A stretch of DNA of 48,348 bases from Bigelowiella natans CCMP2755 (Eukaryota; Protista; Cercozoa). The notes below the pieces were generated by a model, which saw nothing but the letters and a program-made list of their open reading frames with translations, did no database searches and was not told the origin of the DNA. Location: NCBI GenBank assembly GCA_000320545.1, contig ADNK01002202.1:1-48348 (forward strand), written 5' to 3'. Every line of letters begins with the position of its first letter. Positions within the stretch are counted from its first letter, which is position 1. This document shows positions 1-13,139 of the stretch, in pieces. The position numbers were made by a program, and so were the translations under genes.

Positions 1-332
1 CGCATGGAAACTCCGCTTCTCCTCCTTCTCTGATCCTCCTCTCTCCCCCCCCCCTCCCCGCGGGCCAAATCAGCCTCGAAGACGGCCATGGCGGGCTCCA
101 CCTCACCGATGACAAACAAATGAACGAGGTACTTCTTCAGCGCCGAAAATGCTGCCGCTGGGGTCTCAAACAACACTCCCAACACCCTCTCAAGACGATC
201 GAGGAAAGCTTCGGTATCTTGAGAAGACTGCTGCTGCTGCAGAGCGAGGCAGAGGCGGAGATACGGTGATAATGTTATGAAGCGCTTCAGCGATGTCCCG
301 TAGTCGATCTGTGGTAAGAACATGGTGTTTTG

Positions 333-390
<58 letters not shown>

Positions 391-1498
391 CTTGTAAGGG
401 CAGCTAGCGATCATCACGGCGGAAAGAAGGATAATATCGACGTGAGGCAGAAGAAGGAGTAGAGGCAAACGAGCAAGCAGGCCGTAAAAATGGCCGGGGG
501 GAGGAAAGGGGGAAAAGTAAAAAGAGAGAAAAGGAGAGCGCGGGAAACGAAGAAAAACGCAAAGGATAATAGTATTCAGGTGGTGAATGTAAAAGACTCT
601 GGAAGATATTGCTGACGTTCATCCTGTAGATTAAGATATGGAGCTGGTTGCAGGCCCTGTGCAAAGCGTGCAGTCTCTCCACAACACCTCCCGATGTTGT
701 TGTTGTTGATGATGATGATGATGATGATGGGACGCTCGATGAGGTGCCTACAAGAATGATAATAAACTGATGGGCGATTGTGCTTTTCAGAGTGATGGGC
801 AGCACGTGCCTTGCATGCATGATTGCGGCATCATCGTAGTTGTTTTGCTCGGAGCCTGAAATCATCAGTACGGGGCCTGCCCCCCCCCCCCTTTCAGCGG
901 CGTGCCCATTGGCGGCCTCATCGCCGTTGCGACGTTCTCCTTGCTCCTCTCCCTTAAACTCGTCCTCAGCATCCTCGAGGCGGAAGATAGGTTTCAAAGT
1001 GTTCATAATCAACTCCATCGTCTGTGCCGACGCCACCCAATCGTTGGCTGCTGCCTCTCTCTCCCGTCTTTTCTCCTCCTTAGGAGGAGGCAGCAGCACG
1101 TTCACGGGCTCGTTCTCTTCCGACGATGTACTATTCTTATCACTTTGCTGGTGGGGCGTTTTTGGCTGGTCTTCGGTGTCGTTGCCAGCACCGTCCTCAT
1201 TGAGCAGGTCGTCAAGATCGAATCCCCCCCCCCATCCATCAGCACTGCTCTTGCCTTCGGATGCAGCGGTAGCTACCTGTTTTGATGCACCATCTTCTTC
1301 CCCCCCGCCGCCTTCCAGCAAAACATCCAGATCGAGAGGTGGAGCTGCAAATTGGGTCATTTATGAGGGGGGGGGATTGCCTGACGATGACGTTATGTCC
1401 TCTTCGCTTCTTTTTTATGGTTGTGAGATTCTCTCTCTCTCTCTCTCTCTCCCTATCTCTCTCTCTCTCGCGCGCGCGCGCGCGCAGATACACAAACA

Positions 1499-1529
<31 letters not shown>

Positions 1530-1583
1530 GATACAGATTTTTATTAGAATTTTCTGTCGGAGTTTTATACAAAGATTATTACA

Positions 1584-1623
<40 letters not shown>

Positions 1624-4600
1624 CTTGTGTGCGCGCGCGTGCGTATTTGTATGTGCGTGAGTTAGTAGAAGTGTTAGAACTTCAAACCACTCACGATAAT
1701 AGTAACAACAGCAGCATATACTTTACCTTGAGTTTTGATTGTTTCTGCAGTGCCTCCACTACCACCACCATTAGCAGCAGCAGCAGCGGTGTTATCGTCG
1801 TTGTCGCTATCACCATCATCAAGAGCTGGCAAAAGGTCCTCGTAGAGTCCTGGGTGCGTTGTCTCAGAGATATGCTCCAAAATCTGTAGTGTTTATCAAC
1901 GAGGGAACAATGAAGAAAAGCACTTAATTTTGACCACATGGCAGCATTGATAGTAGCACCACCACCAGTTACAACAACAACGACATCAACAAGAAAGAGA
2001 TGAAGGAGAAGAAGAAGAAGAAGAAGAAGAAGAAAAACATCAACGAAGACAAATATCTACACGACAACCTTGACCCAGTTCCTCCTACGCGTCCCGCGGC
2101 TACAAAGCCTGGATTTATAGAGCTTCTTCAGGGCCACGATGTCTGGCTGGTGCCGTCGTCTCTGCCCTCTCCCCCCCCCCCCCGCCCCTCCAGACGCAAG
2201 ATCGCAGGCAAAGGCCGTGATGGACGGCGCCTCCCTCAGGTGCACGAAATCGGGGAACGAGTCCTCGTTGACGTCCCCAAACACACTGCAATAGACTTCC
2301 AGGCGGCTCAGGTACTGCGCCACCGCCCATCGATAGACGAGAAGCAGAGCCGAATCTACGGAGGAGAGCTGGTCGTCGCTCGCCTCCACCGCCTCCTCAA
2401 CCTCCTCCTTCAGGTAGTCCGTCACGGAGAGGCCGAGCTTCAGCATTCTCTCCGCACTCTCTCTCGAAGACGCTCGCCGCGACACGATCTGCGCCAGCAC
2501 CCACCAGGGGTCCTCCACCCGTGCGAGGCAGCTGTCAATGGACTCGAGGGTCACCTTCGATCGCAGCCATTTGCTGTGGTAGATCGGATTCACGCTCAGG
2601 CGGCGCTGTCGCGCGAAGCGAAGCGCCTCCTCGAATCGGCCGCTCTCCGTGAGGCCCTGCAGAAACATCGCAGGGGTCTGCTCCTGCATGGAAACCAACG
2701 AGAATGTGCGCTTTAGCTCGACGCGAGATATTGTTGGAGATGGCGACAGAGAGGAGGAGGAGGAGGAGGAGGAGGAGGAGGATGGTGTTGCGCCGTCAGT
2801 CGCCTCCATTTCTTCCTCTCCCCTACTCCTATGCTGCTGCTGTCCTGATTCCACGGCTTTGGACTTGAAGTACTCTCGCCTACACGAGAGAACAAAGATC
2901 TGAGAGAGGGGGGGGCGCGGTGTCGGTGACCTGTCTTGCTTCGAGGCTCCTCTCTCATCCCCTCTGCGACCGGTTTCATCCTCACCGCCACCGCCGCTGC
3001 GATTATTAGCGCAGCAACAAGCGATCTTGCACGGAGACTCGAAACGGTCCTCTGCCAATATCAACGAAGAAGAAGGTAACGCTAATGCTGCTCCGCTCCT
3101 TTCTCCCTGCTTCTCCTGCTCTTTCTCCGGGGTGCTGCTGCTGCCATAATTACCATCACCATCACCATCGATAAGTGCCCGCACTGATAGCTTACCCGAC
3201 CGCGAAACACGCGCTATGCTTGTCTGGTTCCACCAGGCAATATCTACAAAACACTCGCCGTCTTGGCTGCTTGTATTCGTGCTACTACTGCCCTTCTTCT
3301 CCCTGCGTGTCGCCTCTTCCTCTTCGCCGCCGGAATTGTCAGAATCGTGTGTTTTCTCGCCTTCACCACCACGGCTACTTGAATTTAACAGTAGTTGCAG
3401 CGAGTAGACCGGTTTGCTAGTACCGGAGGAGGACGATGACGATGGCGCCGATGCTACGATCTTCATCACGACGAAGCTGCCGTATGGATTAAGGCATGCC
3501 ATCATCGACCCCCCCCTCGCACCCTGCGCCTCTGAGGAAGAGGCGGGGGAGAGGGGAGGGGAGGCTATGAACTTCGAAGGCCAGAAACGAGGCTCCGAGA
3601 GGTAAGAGGACGAGGTGTCGTTGCTGCTAATGTCGATGTCGGAAGAAGAGCTCTTGCCTTCAACCCCCCCCCCCTTCCTCCTCCTGCTGCTGCGATGGTG
3701 GCTGTTTCTTCGACCCTTCCGTCGGCATGCTGAGGTGATAATGTTCATTCCAGAGAGCACCCAAAGACCGTGTGCGGCAGCATGCAGCATCGAGTAAGCG
3801 CCCCCAGAATGCCTGTCTCCTGCCAAGTTTATGTATGTTCAAAATTAGAAGAAGAGAGGTGGTTAGCGATGACGTTGACGAATCGTCACCGTCATTAAGT
3901 TTTCATGCCTAGAACTCACCTTCCGCGCTAACAGCATTCGTTTGGGAAATGTGTCCTCTAGTCCCTGGCTGAGAGGCCTCATCGTCTCCTCCATTTTCGC
4001 GCACACCCTCAAGGGCACAGACAAAGTCGCCGACTCGATGATCTGAAGAGCCGCCATTGCCTCCGACGCCATGACCGCTCCCTGCCCTCTTCTTCGATAT
4101 GCCGTATAGGTAGTAGTTGCTAAGACCCTTTCCAGGCTCTCTCGCTACAACTAGTACCATTGAGGTTTGGTGGGGGGGAGAATCGCAATGCGGCGGCAAG
4201 ACGTACATCCCAGCGTAGATAAGATCGCCATCTTGCCTTCTACTAGACGGTTTCTTCATCCTTCTAAGATCGGTAACATGTGTGTCTGTTATCGTCCACC
4301 CTCCCCCCCTTTCGTACATGCTATAGTCAACAAGCGATCCCAAAGCAGAGGTGAGGGTGTCGTCGCCACGACTATCATCGTCTTCGCTCGTTACTACCCG
4401 CAAATCTAGGCATAACATCGAGCCTCCAGAGCCAAGGATGTGAAGTGTGATTGTCTTCTTCTTCGTCGTCGTCATCCTCGCTTTCTCCTTCCCTTCCATC
4501 CTCTCCGTATCTGTATTGAACATGAGCGCAGTGACGGCCTCCTCACTGCCACCTACTGGATGACCTCCCTCCCTACCACGCTTTGTGAATCGAGAGAGAG

Positions 4601-4912
4601 AGAAGCTCAAAATCGGCACTCCACCGGCCTCTAGATCATACACAAACACAGCATTCCTCCCCCGAACCCTTCCTGGTTTGCTTCCCCTCGTCTTAACCGA
4701 ATTATCCTCCGAGGGGTTGGTATGATGGCCATCCTGCGCGGGGGGGATGGAGGAGGAGGGGGGCGGGGCGGGATCCCCCACGAACAACTCCTCGCACGGA
4801 TCGTCGCACCACGCAATAGCCAGTAGTCGACCGCATGCGCTGATGGCGACAGGTCGGTTGAGAACAGGGACACACGAATGACCGTAATAGCTGTCTTGGA
4901 GGCCACGCCCAG

Positions 4913-4944
<32 letters not shown>

Positions 4945-5160
4945 ACTGGAATATCAAAGTCGAACTCGAAGTTGGTGAAATCTGAGTCTTTCGAGCGTAC
5001 CTCTATCATGTCGTCCTGGACTATGTACATCCGATCACCGGAGGGTGACATTTCAATCTGCCAAACGCCTTTCGACCGAAGTTCATCCTCGTCGCTGCCC
5101 CCGCCGCCATTCGTTTGGGTGAATACCAAATTCTCCTCCGGGAAGGCCTCCGTGCCCTGA
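1..5160 (-). CDS. NBAS: NBAS/Sec39/MIP2-like Golgi-to-ER tethering subunit; multi-exon, 3' end beyond the window start, exact start codon unresolved (~5160-5230)
   Basis: Collinear minus-strand ORFs 3909-5129, 2057-3826, 1674-1880, 404-1360 and 190-468 are separated by microsatellite-rich GT-AG introns. WQIEMSPSGDRMYIVQDDMIEVRSKDSDF and FSLVSMQEQTPAMFLQGLTESGRFEEALRFARQRRLSVNPIYHSKWLRSKVTLESIDSCLARVEDPWWVLAQIVSRRASSRESAERMLKLGL resemble, from recall, the conserved N-terminal blocks of NBAS/MIP2. Confidence 0.8.
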
Positions 5161-6722
5161 GCGCATACAGCAGTATTTTCGTTTTGTGTGCGAGGAGCTT
5201 ACTCCCAAGTAAGGGCCAAAAAATTATCATTAGATATAATAACTAAGGGCCTTCGAAATTTGCTGTACCTTCTTTTCTCTTTTTCCGCACAACCGAGAGC
5301 AAATGGATCTGCTGGACGATGGGGGGGACGAAGAGGAGGAGTGTCGCTGACTTGCTAATTTCGAGCTCAGCTCTCGTTGGCTCCTATGGCATAAAACATT
5401 GCAAGAATCATTTTGAGAATTTAAGAGATTGGAAACAGGTAGAAGAGAGAAGGGGGGAGAGAGGAAGAGAGAGGGAGGGGAGAAAAGAACCGTAAGAAAG
5501 CATTAAACTCGTCCTCTGACGCTCGTGCCATGTCCACTTCGTCGACTTCATCAGCCTGCCATCGCGGCTTGTGCAAGTATACATTATACCTAATGTATGT
5601 AAAACCCCACCGTTATCATCTGGCTGCGTAATAATATAGTATCTGTAGCGCATAAGCGCAAAAGTAGTATTTGTATGAGGGGGGTACAGGGGAGATGGTA
5701 ATAAAGGGGGGAGGTTGGAAAAAAGAATGCATACGGAAAGACTTTAAACTAGAACATGGATTGAAGATTTAGGAGGTATTGATATCTCCTCAGGTGAATG
5801 ACTCACAGGATCTTGTGCTTCGAGCCCTTCCGTGGCAGCGCTTCCCCCCTCCGCCGACTATGTTTGTAGTCCGCCATCCACAAGAGATACCCAACCCCGC
5901 GCTATCAGCTGATCAAAACTTTCCTTTGAATACTGATAGCGCGTTCGCTAAAGGAGACAGGGGCTATAGGAAGGGTTCGATGACGTGGCGTCGGACGGGG
6001 TAGGGGTCCGCTTCCCAGAGCACCTAAAAAGTGTTGTACCTGTTGTTGCCACTCAAAAACATACTTTTGAGGGCGCAAGTACATTCAGCATATTTGCCGT
6101 ATATTTTTCTGTCTCGCATGAGCGTCGAGAAGCAATTTCCTTTTCACTATTGCGACTCGATATTAGGATGTCGCAAGGCGAAAAAGAATCCCTCCTCGCG
6201 ACTGGTTGACCATCCCCCCCCATCATCTGGAGCGGCATGGCGACTGCTTTTATGCCTGTCCGCATGGGTCTCACCCTGACCCGAAACCACAAATTCGCCT
6301 CCTGTTTTCAAACTCCGAGTGTTAAGGCATTCGGATTAGCATCTTCTCTGACAGGGATCTTCGGTGGCGTGATGATGATGAACAGGTTCCTGAGATTTCC
6401 TCGTTTCTGCTGGTTTTGTTTCACTTTTGTTGTACGGTTGCGTTTGTAGAAATAAACGAAAAATCAGCAAGGCGAATAAAGGAGCAAGACCATGCAACAG
6501 CTCAAACAGAAAGGCTAAACGACAGAGAAGAGCAAAGACTACGTCCTAATGGTGTACATGTCCAGCCTCCAGATAAGTTCGCTGGGGATAGGATACAATA
6601 AGAGTTAAGGGGGGGTATTCATCTTAGTTTCGAGTACACGCACCTTGATTATAACATAAGTATGCCTTAGTATGAAAGATCATGTCGTTCACGTTTGTGA
6701 CACACAAATACAAACTGCGCGC

Positions 6723-6770
<48 letters not shown>
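6723..6770. repeat. (AT)n microsatellite
   Basis: About 22 AT units. One of many (AT)n, (CA)n, (GA)n, (CAT)n, (TAG)n and poly-C/G tracts in the window. Confidence 0.95.
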
Positions 6771-6772
<2 letters not shown>

Positions 6773-6899
6773 TAATATGTAATTTGTGCGTACGTGTGCG
6801 TGTGTGTGCGTGCGTGCGTGTGTGGTACTAGTATATAGAATGAGGTATTGCTAATTTGATATGTATCAAAATTTATATCTGCTAATTGAGACAGTGGAG

Positions 6900-8050
6900 A
6901 AGGCAAGTCAAAAGCTTAGCAAGTAGTACTTGCAGAGCTACATAATTATTATTGCGCCTGTCTAACAATACAAATGATTATACAATACATGCACGATGCG
7001 ATTATTCTAGCTAGCTAGCTCGACGCACAAGGACGCCGCCCGTTAGCTACTTTAGCGCTACATACTAGCGTACACTGGATGTAAACTATAGGTGTAGGAA
7101 GTCTAGCAGGCCTAGAAGCCGCAGTGCCATCGCAGTAATTGCCGTATATATAGCCGTGCACGTCATTATAGCACTAGCTAGCTAGAGCAGCAGCTCAGCG
7201 CATCTAGCTAGATAGCTAGCTGTGTGACTTGGCTGGTCGTACGTACAACACGGCATAGGCTTGCTAGCTTGCCAAATGCTAGCATGTCTAGATGTCGTCG
7301 TGTACTGCTCTAGCTAGCTAGTCTAGTAGTGCTGCAATGCATATATAGATGCAAGTACGTACAGAATTTATGATTTATACGTTATATCGTATAGTGATCG
7401 CTGTCTAATGAAGCGTACCGTACGTGCTAGTTATATTAGCTAGTACGTAGCGTGTGCAAGGTGAGTACGGTCATCAGCCCATCAGCCAAGTAAGATCTAG
7501 AGATCTAGAGATTGTTCATGTGTACTAGTCTAGTAGTGTCGGCTACTAGTAGGTGCAGTCTAGCAGTGTGTAGGCTAGCTGCTAGCTAGTTAGCTAGCTA
7601 CACCAACAACAAGCTTGTAAGCACCAGAGCTAGCTAGCTAGAGAGCTAGAGCTAGAGCTGTGCACACGTACTGGCGCCAGCGTACTAGAGTAGTGCATGT
7701 ACTGCATATTGCGACACCAATACTAGAATAAATGCACGTAAGCTACATCTATTATCTAGTAGCTAGATCTAATACATGCTAGCATGCTAGCGCTGTAGTA
7801 CACGTGCCAGCTGTCTAGCTAGATGTATTTGCTAGATTACATGACCGTTGCATTGCCTCGATCATGCTGCATGGCTACCTAGATGGGCGTAATAGCTGTA
7901 TGATGTTTTAGCGCAGGAGAAGCTTATAGGCTATATTGGGAAGAGCATTATCTTTCTAGCATTATTATGCTAGATTGATAGTAAGTAACTTATGTTAGAT
8001 TAGTAGGGTTCCGTGCGTGTACTTAGCTAGCTAGGGCGATGCACAGAAAT
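6900..8050. other. CTAG/GCTAGC-rich intergenic island (weak TpA erosion) downstream of ALAS
   Basis: Dozens of CTAG, including runs such as ctagctagctagct (7007-7020). No ORF in the track between 6601 and 8087. Many non-CTAG TpA are still present. Confidence 0.85.
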
Positions 8051-8189
8051 ATACATATGTGTGAATGTTCATTACCATAACGCTATTTGCGCACTGCCAG
8101 GCTGTTTGCGTTTTATGACACCAAGTGTGATTGTACAGATTTTATATTGATGAGCACGACTTTTCAGTTGTATGTCCAAATGCATCTGC

Positions 8190-9932
8190 TTACTCATTTG
8201 ATCTCTCAATCCCAAGCTCTTCCCAAATGTCATCAAGAGCGTCAACCGCCTCCTCTACCATTGTATTATCGTGTAGAGGACCTGGAGTAAATCTGTAACG
8301 CTCGGTGCCGACAGGGACGGTGGGGTAATTAATGGGCTGTACATAGATTCCGTGTTTTTGCATTAGAAGGTCAGCTCCCTTCTTGCATAGTTTTGCGTCC
8401 CCAATCATCACAGGAATAATGTGACTTTCTGAATTTATAAACGGGATACGTCGCGCCTTCAACAATTTTTTCATCGATGCAGCCCTCTCCTTCTGAATAT
8501 CTCTCTCCTCGTTGCTATTTTTCAGGTAGCGTACGCTTGCAAGAGCCCCAGCAGCGACCGAAGGAGGGATTGAGGTGGTAAAAATAAATCCAGGTGCGAA
8601 GCTCCGCACAGCGTCAACGATAACAGAAGGCCCCGCGATGTAGCCTCCATGCACTCCATATGCTTTGCCCAGAGTGCCAGATATGACAGTGATACGGTCG
8701 GAGAGACCGCGTAGTTGAGCAACCCCGCCCCCCTTTGATCCATACAATCCAACAGCATGGACCTCGTCAATATAGGTGAGAGCCCCATATTTGTCAGCAA
8801 GGACGCAGATTTCTTCGATTGGAGCGATATCGCCATCCATGGAGTAGACGCTCTCGAACACAATCAGTTTGTTTGCATCAGGATCGGCGGCAGCGAGTAG
8901 TTCTTCGAGATGGCCGACGTCATTATGACGCCAGATATGCTTGGGAACGCGTGCGTTTCTGACTCCTTCTATCATGGAGGCATGATTTGATGCGTCGGAG
9001 AAGATCTCGCATTTTGGTAAGTGTTTTGCGATTGTGCTAATTGCCGCTTCGTTAGCTACGAAGCCTGAGGAGAAAACAAGAGCTGATTCTTTGTCATGCA
9101 CTTCGCCCAATTCTTTCTCCAGTTTAGTGTGGTAAATTGTAGTTCCAGATATATTGCGGGTACCTCCTGCACCAGCACCTAAGCTACGCGTTGCATCACA
9201 CATTGCATCGATTACAGTAGGATGCTGGCCCATCCCCAAGTAGTCGTTGTTGCACCAAACTTCAATAGATTTTTTCGCAGCCTCTGTGCGTGTTGGATCT
9301 TCGTGATAAGTAGCTTTCGGAAATTCACCAACATGTCTCTCCACGTCAACGAAGGTACGATATTTGCCTTCCTTCTTTAATCCCTCGAGCTTGGAACTGA
9401 GAGCCTCGGACGCAGCCACAGGGAGCGCTGTGGTCTGAATGTCCCTCGCCAACTTTGTGGCAAACTCTTGCTGGGATACTTCCTCAGAGAATTTAATCTC
9501 TGCAATATCCTCCTTTTGTGCAGCATCCGCACGGGGATTCTCGTCGACCTTAACTGAAGGCTCCGATGCGAGGTCGGCAAGATCACATGAGATGTCGTTT
9601 GTTTGAGTAGCCATGCTTGAGAATCCTGAGTAGTACTGGTTGCCAAGTTGTTTCTTCTCGCTAGGAAGTTCTGTCGGGCGTGAATATTGAGACTTCACAA
9701 GGAAAGGACACTTATCCCTAAATTGCTGGAAGTAGGAAGGAAGTTGTCAGAGGACGAAACCCCCCCTTGTTAAAAGAAATGGACATCTTACCGTGTATAC
9801 TTTCGAAAAAGATTCTGCAGGAATGGCGCTTCCCAAGAATGACAAGAAGGGGCATTTTGTTCCCTGCTTGGTGCTTCCAGCGAGGAGGGTGCAGGCCTTG
9901 TTCGTTGCTGTGCAGAGGCGTTGGCTCGCCAT
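8190..9932 (-). CDS. ALAS: 5-aminolevulinate synthase (mitochondrial C4/Shemin pathway); exon 1 9932-9792, intron 9791-9726, exon 2 9725-8190
   Basis: Motifs [63 protein letters not shown] (PLP lysine) and [17 protein letters not shown]...TTCCAG intron joins an N-terminal presequence in frame, giving two CPFL heme-regulatory motifs. Confidence 0.97.
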
Positions 9933-12900
9933 TGTGTTTCGGCGTGTTCGGTTTTGCGAGACTATATTCCGTTGATACCCGTGATTTTATCCCCAAATAT
10001 GCATTAAATGGAATAAATCGGGAGTCGTATAGGCTAAATTTCCCCCTTTCACAACCATAAAGGTAGTATTTTATGTATTCTCGCGTCTGACTAAATAATT
10101 CCGCTCGAGGCAACGGGGCTAGTCGGTCAATATTAATGCAAAAAATCTTTGAACATGGTTAAATCGGCCTATATTTCTTAATTGACTGTCTAAATCCCGG
10201 TAGTACATTTGGACGGTTGCCCTCCACCACCGATTTTTGACACAGTAGCCAGATTTTTTGGACGCAAGCGAGACTCGTGCAAAATAAACGCCATCGTCAA
10301 AACAATCAACAATAAATCAATAAAATGGCAACTAGATCCGGTGCAAAAAAGGTGATATCGCTGGAAACAATGCGTCTATTTTCAGGTGTGAGCTTGCTGC
10401 ACTGTTCGTGGCAAAAAAACAAAAAATAGGTTGGTGCCGACACCTGAGAATTTTTAGGAGCTATCAATCGTCTCTGAGAAGACTCCTGAATTTTCTTCTG
10501 CGCTGCCGCTACCGCCTTCCTCGACTGTTCCTTTTTGCAATTTTTCAGGTTGTAAGATCTTGATAGATCAGCCATCGCCCTTCGAACATTGATCTACTTT
10601 CCTTCAAATAGCAAATTTTAACAAAAATACGATCTTTATTCTGGTAGATCTAGCTTGTAGGAAAAGAAAAAATCTACGATAATACTTTAATTTCAAACTG
10701 ATGCCAAGCGGCATATTTCGTAAATCCAGGTACTACGACATGAGAAGGACTAATATTTTGCAACTTTGGGTCTTGGAATTGCACGGTGCTATTGAATGAT
10801 ACGTTTACATATATCTTAAAAAAGGCATCTATTACCCTGTTCAACAGGGTAATACGACTCGTAGATCCTGTTGAAAGGAAGGATAAGTCGCAGGATATAA
10901 ATGGCCTTTATTTAATACTTACTACGACAAGGCTGAACATTCCGAAAGCCGAAGGTCCCCCCCGGTTCCCTGCAAGAGAATATGCGACCCACTGTAGCAG
11001 CCCTGATACACCTACTCGTTCTATTCAAAGGTTTTCGACATATGTATATATTCATAGGAACATCTCTCCTAAGGACTAGTCATATGACCTGACCTAATAG
11101 ATTGTAGAATGAAATCGGAATGGGAATTATTAAAAGCCAGCCCGTACTCTCTGTTCAGTTTAATGGTTTCGAATTAATAATTTTTTGTTTCTTTCACTAA
11201 GGTTCCTTCGGGCAGCATTCTGCTCATAAACCGAATGCAAAAGAGACACTTAACTGCATCAAAAATAAGGTTTAAAGCTGCTGTGAAACTTTGGAGTATT
11301 TACTGATCTCTCGCGTTCCTGAACTTTCTTGCTTGCTCGGTTTTAATGTTCAGTGTCCCGATAAGTTTTACGCCTGCTTCTTCGACAAAGTTTGCAGTAA
11401 GTCTTTTACTTCAAATCTGCACAAGTTATGGAGGATGATATGTTTCCCCTTGTTTCCAGTGAAAAGTGCGAAATGCGTCCAAGATTGCGACAGCAAGCCG
11501 AAGGATGAGCAAGATGCTTGTCGGGTGCAATGTTTGGCACATCTAAAAGACAGGCCACAGGTGTCGATTTAAACATATTATTTATGCTCCAAATTGTGAT
11601 GTATGAATGTTCGAATATTCTACTCAGCTTGTCGAAGGAATCTTTGACTGTTCCCTGGAGAAAAAATGTATTCAGGGCCCTCCATTGGGTACCTAACCAT
11701 TCACAAAGCTTATTTGCCTATAATATCATTGGACATCACGGTACTAATGGGATTCTTTTAGGCCCACCTGGTGCTCAAGTCGTTAATTGCAATCCGCAAC
11801 AGGTGCAGCTATACTTCACGAACTCCGCTCACCCTAAGATATTATAACGCTGAACCTACGTTGTTGTCGTGTAGGATGCGTGTAGCGGAGATGCAAGTTG
11901 CTGGCAATGGAGGAAATGTGTCGGGGTAAACTGCATCTCATCGGTAATACATTCCGTATTCAAACATCTGTATGTGCCAGGCTTCCCATTGTCGCACGTT
12001 CGACATTGGCTGTCTTAGCGAATGTGAAGCTCCAGACTACAAACCAGGTGTGGTCGTCTCTACCCCTCCGCGTTTCATTGAAACTTACACGTTAGCACTT
12101 TTGGTAACCAGATAACAGCACGCTAATGCTTACCTACTGTTCAATGAAAACCAAACAACAAATCATCGTGCCTGCCAACGCACCAGCTGAGAGTCCTGAG
12201 GCAGCAGCGGGGGGTTCCAGTGGTCGGGCCGGCAGTGGATCAGTGGTACTACTTCGGAGGGAATAGTAAAATAAAATAACATGAATTTGCACGATGAATT
12301 CTGAAATCAACAGGATAGGGGGGAGGAGTGGGGAGGGGGGGGGGAGGTGAAGAGTAACATTATTCTTGTTTCAATTAGCCCTCAAGCGACGGTGCTTCGA
12401 AAAAGAAAATCAATACGTTGGCCTGGTAACTTGCTAAGATTGGTTTTTCGAATAACCACACACTGAATAGTATACTTCAGGGTCTTCGGTGGCCTTGGAA
12501 TAGCATTTGCAGCACTTGGGTCGATATATTTTGTGAAGCGGTCCTTTTGCAAAAGGAACACTGAAACGTTACACGAGTTGGTGAGAAAGTTTTCTTCTAA
12601 CATTCGTAAATGTGAAGTTTCAGCAAATTTTATACATTCCGAATTCAGGTGGGCATGTCGGCTGTAGAGGAGGAGGATGTAGATGGTATTGACCACGAAG
12701 CTCTCCCAGGTAACGTTTGGATATAATTTTATTCTCTCACTAAATTTTGACATTTAATTTTCAACAGCTGAAGAAGGAGAAGAAGAAGAGACGGCACTTG
12801 AGAAAGAACTAAAAAGATCAGAGTGGGATTGAGCAGTAATTGTTATTATGTATAGAAAGAAATTTTGCACCTCGATTTTAAAATAAATGTAGAATTAGAA

Positions 12901-13139
12901 TGACTTCGCATTATTCCAATGATAGCAAGCGAGTACAATCTTTCCAAATGGCCAAGTCAGCATGCATCTGGAAATTATAAAGTTCATGAGTTGACACTTA
13001 ACATAGAAATTTGGAGCTTTTGTGGCGCATAATTTCTCCCATGGCGCGCAACCAAAGCCTGCGCATCCATCCAACAGGAACATGTTATATTGCAAATGAA
13101 GGAATGTATATTGTAACGCCTGCAAAACCTCGAAACGTG

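Noticed and set aside
5300-6600. Possible gene between NBAS and ALAS
   Set aside because: Only short stop-interrupted ORFs on both strands, with no recognisable family or consistent splice model.
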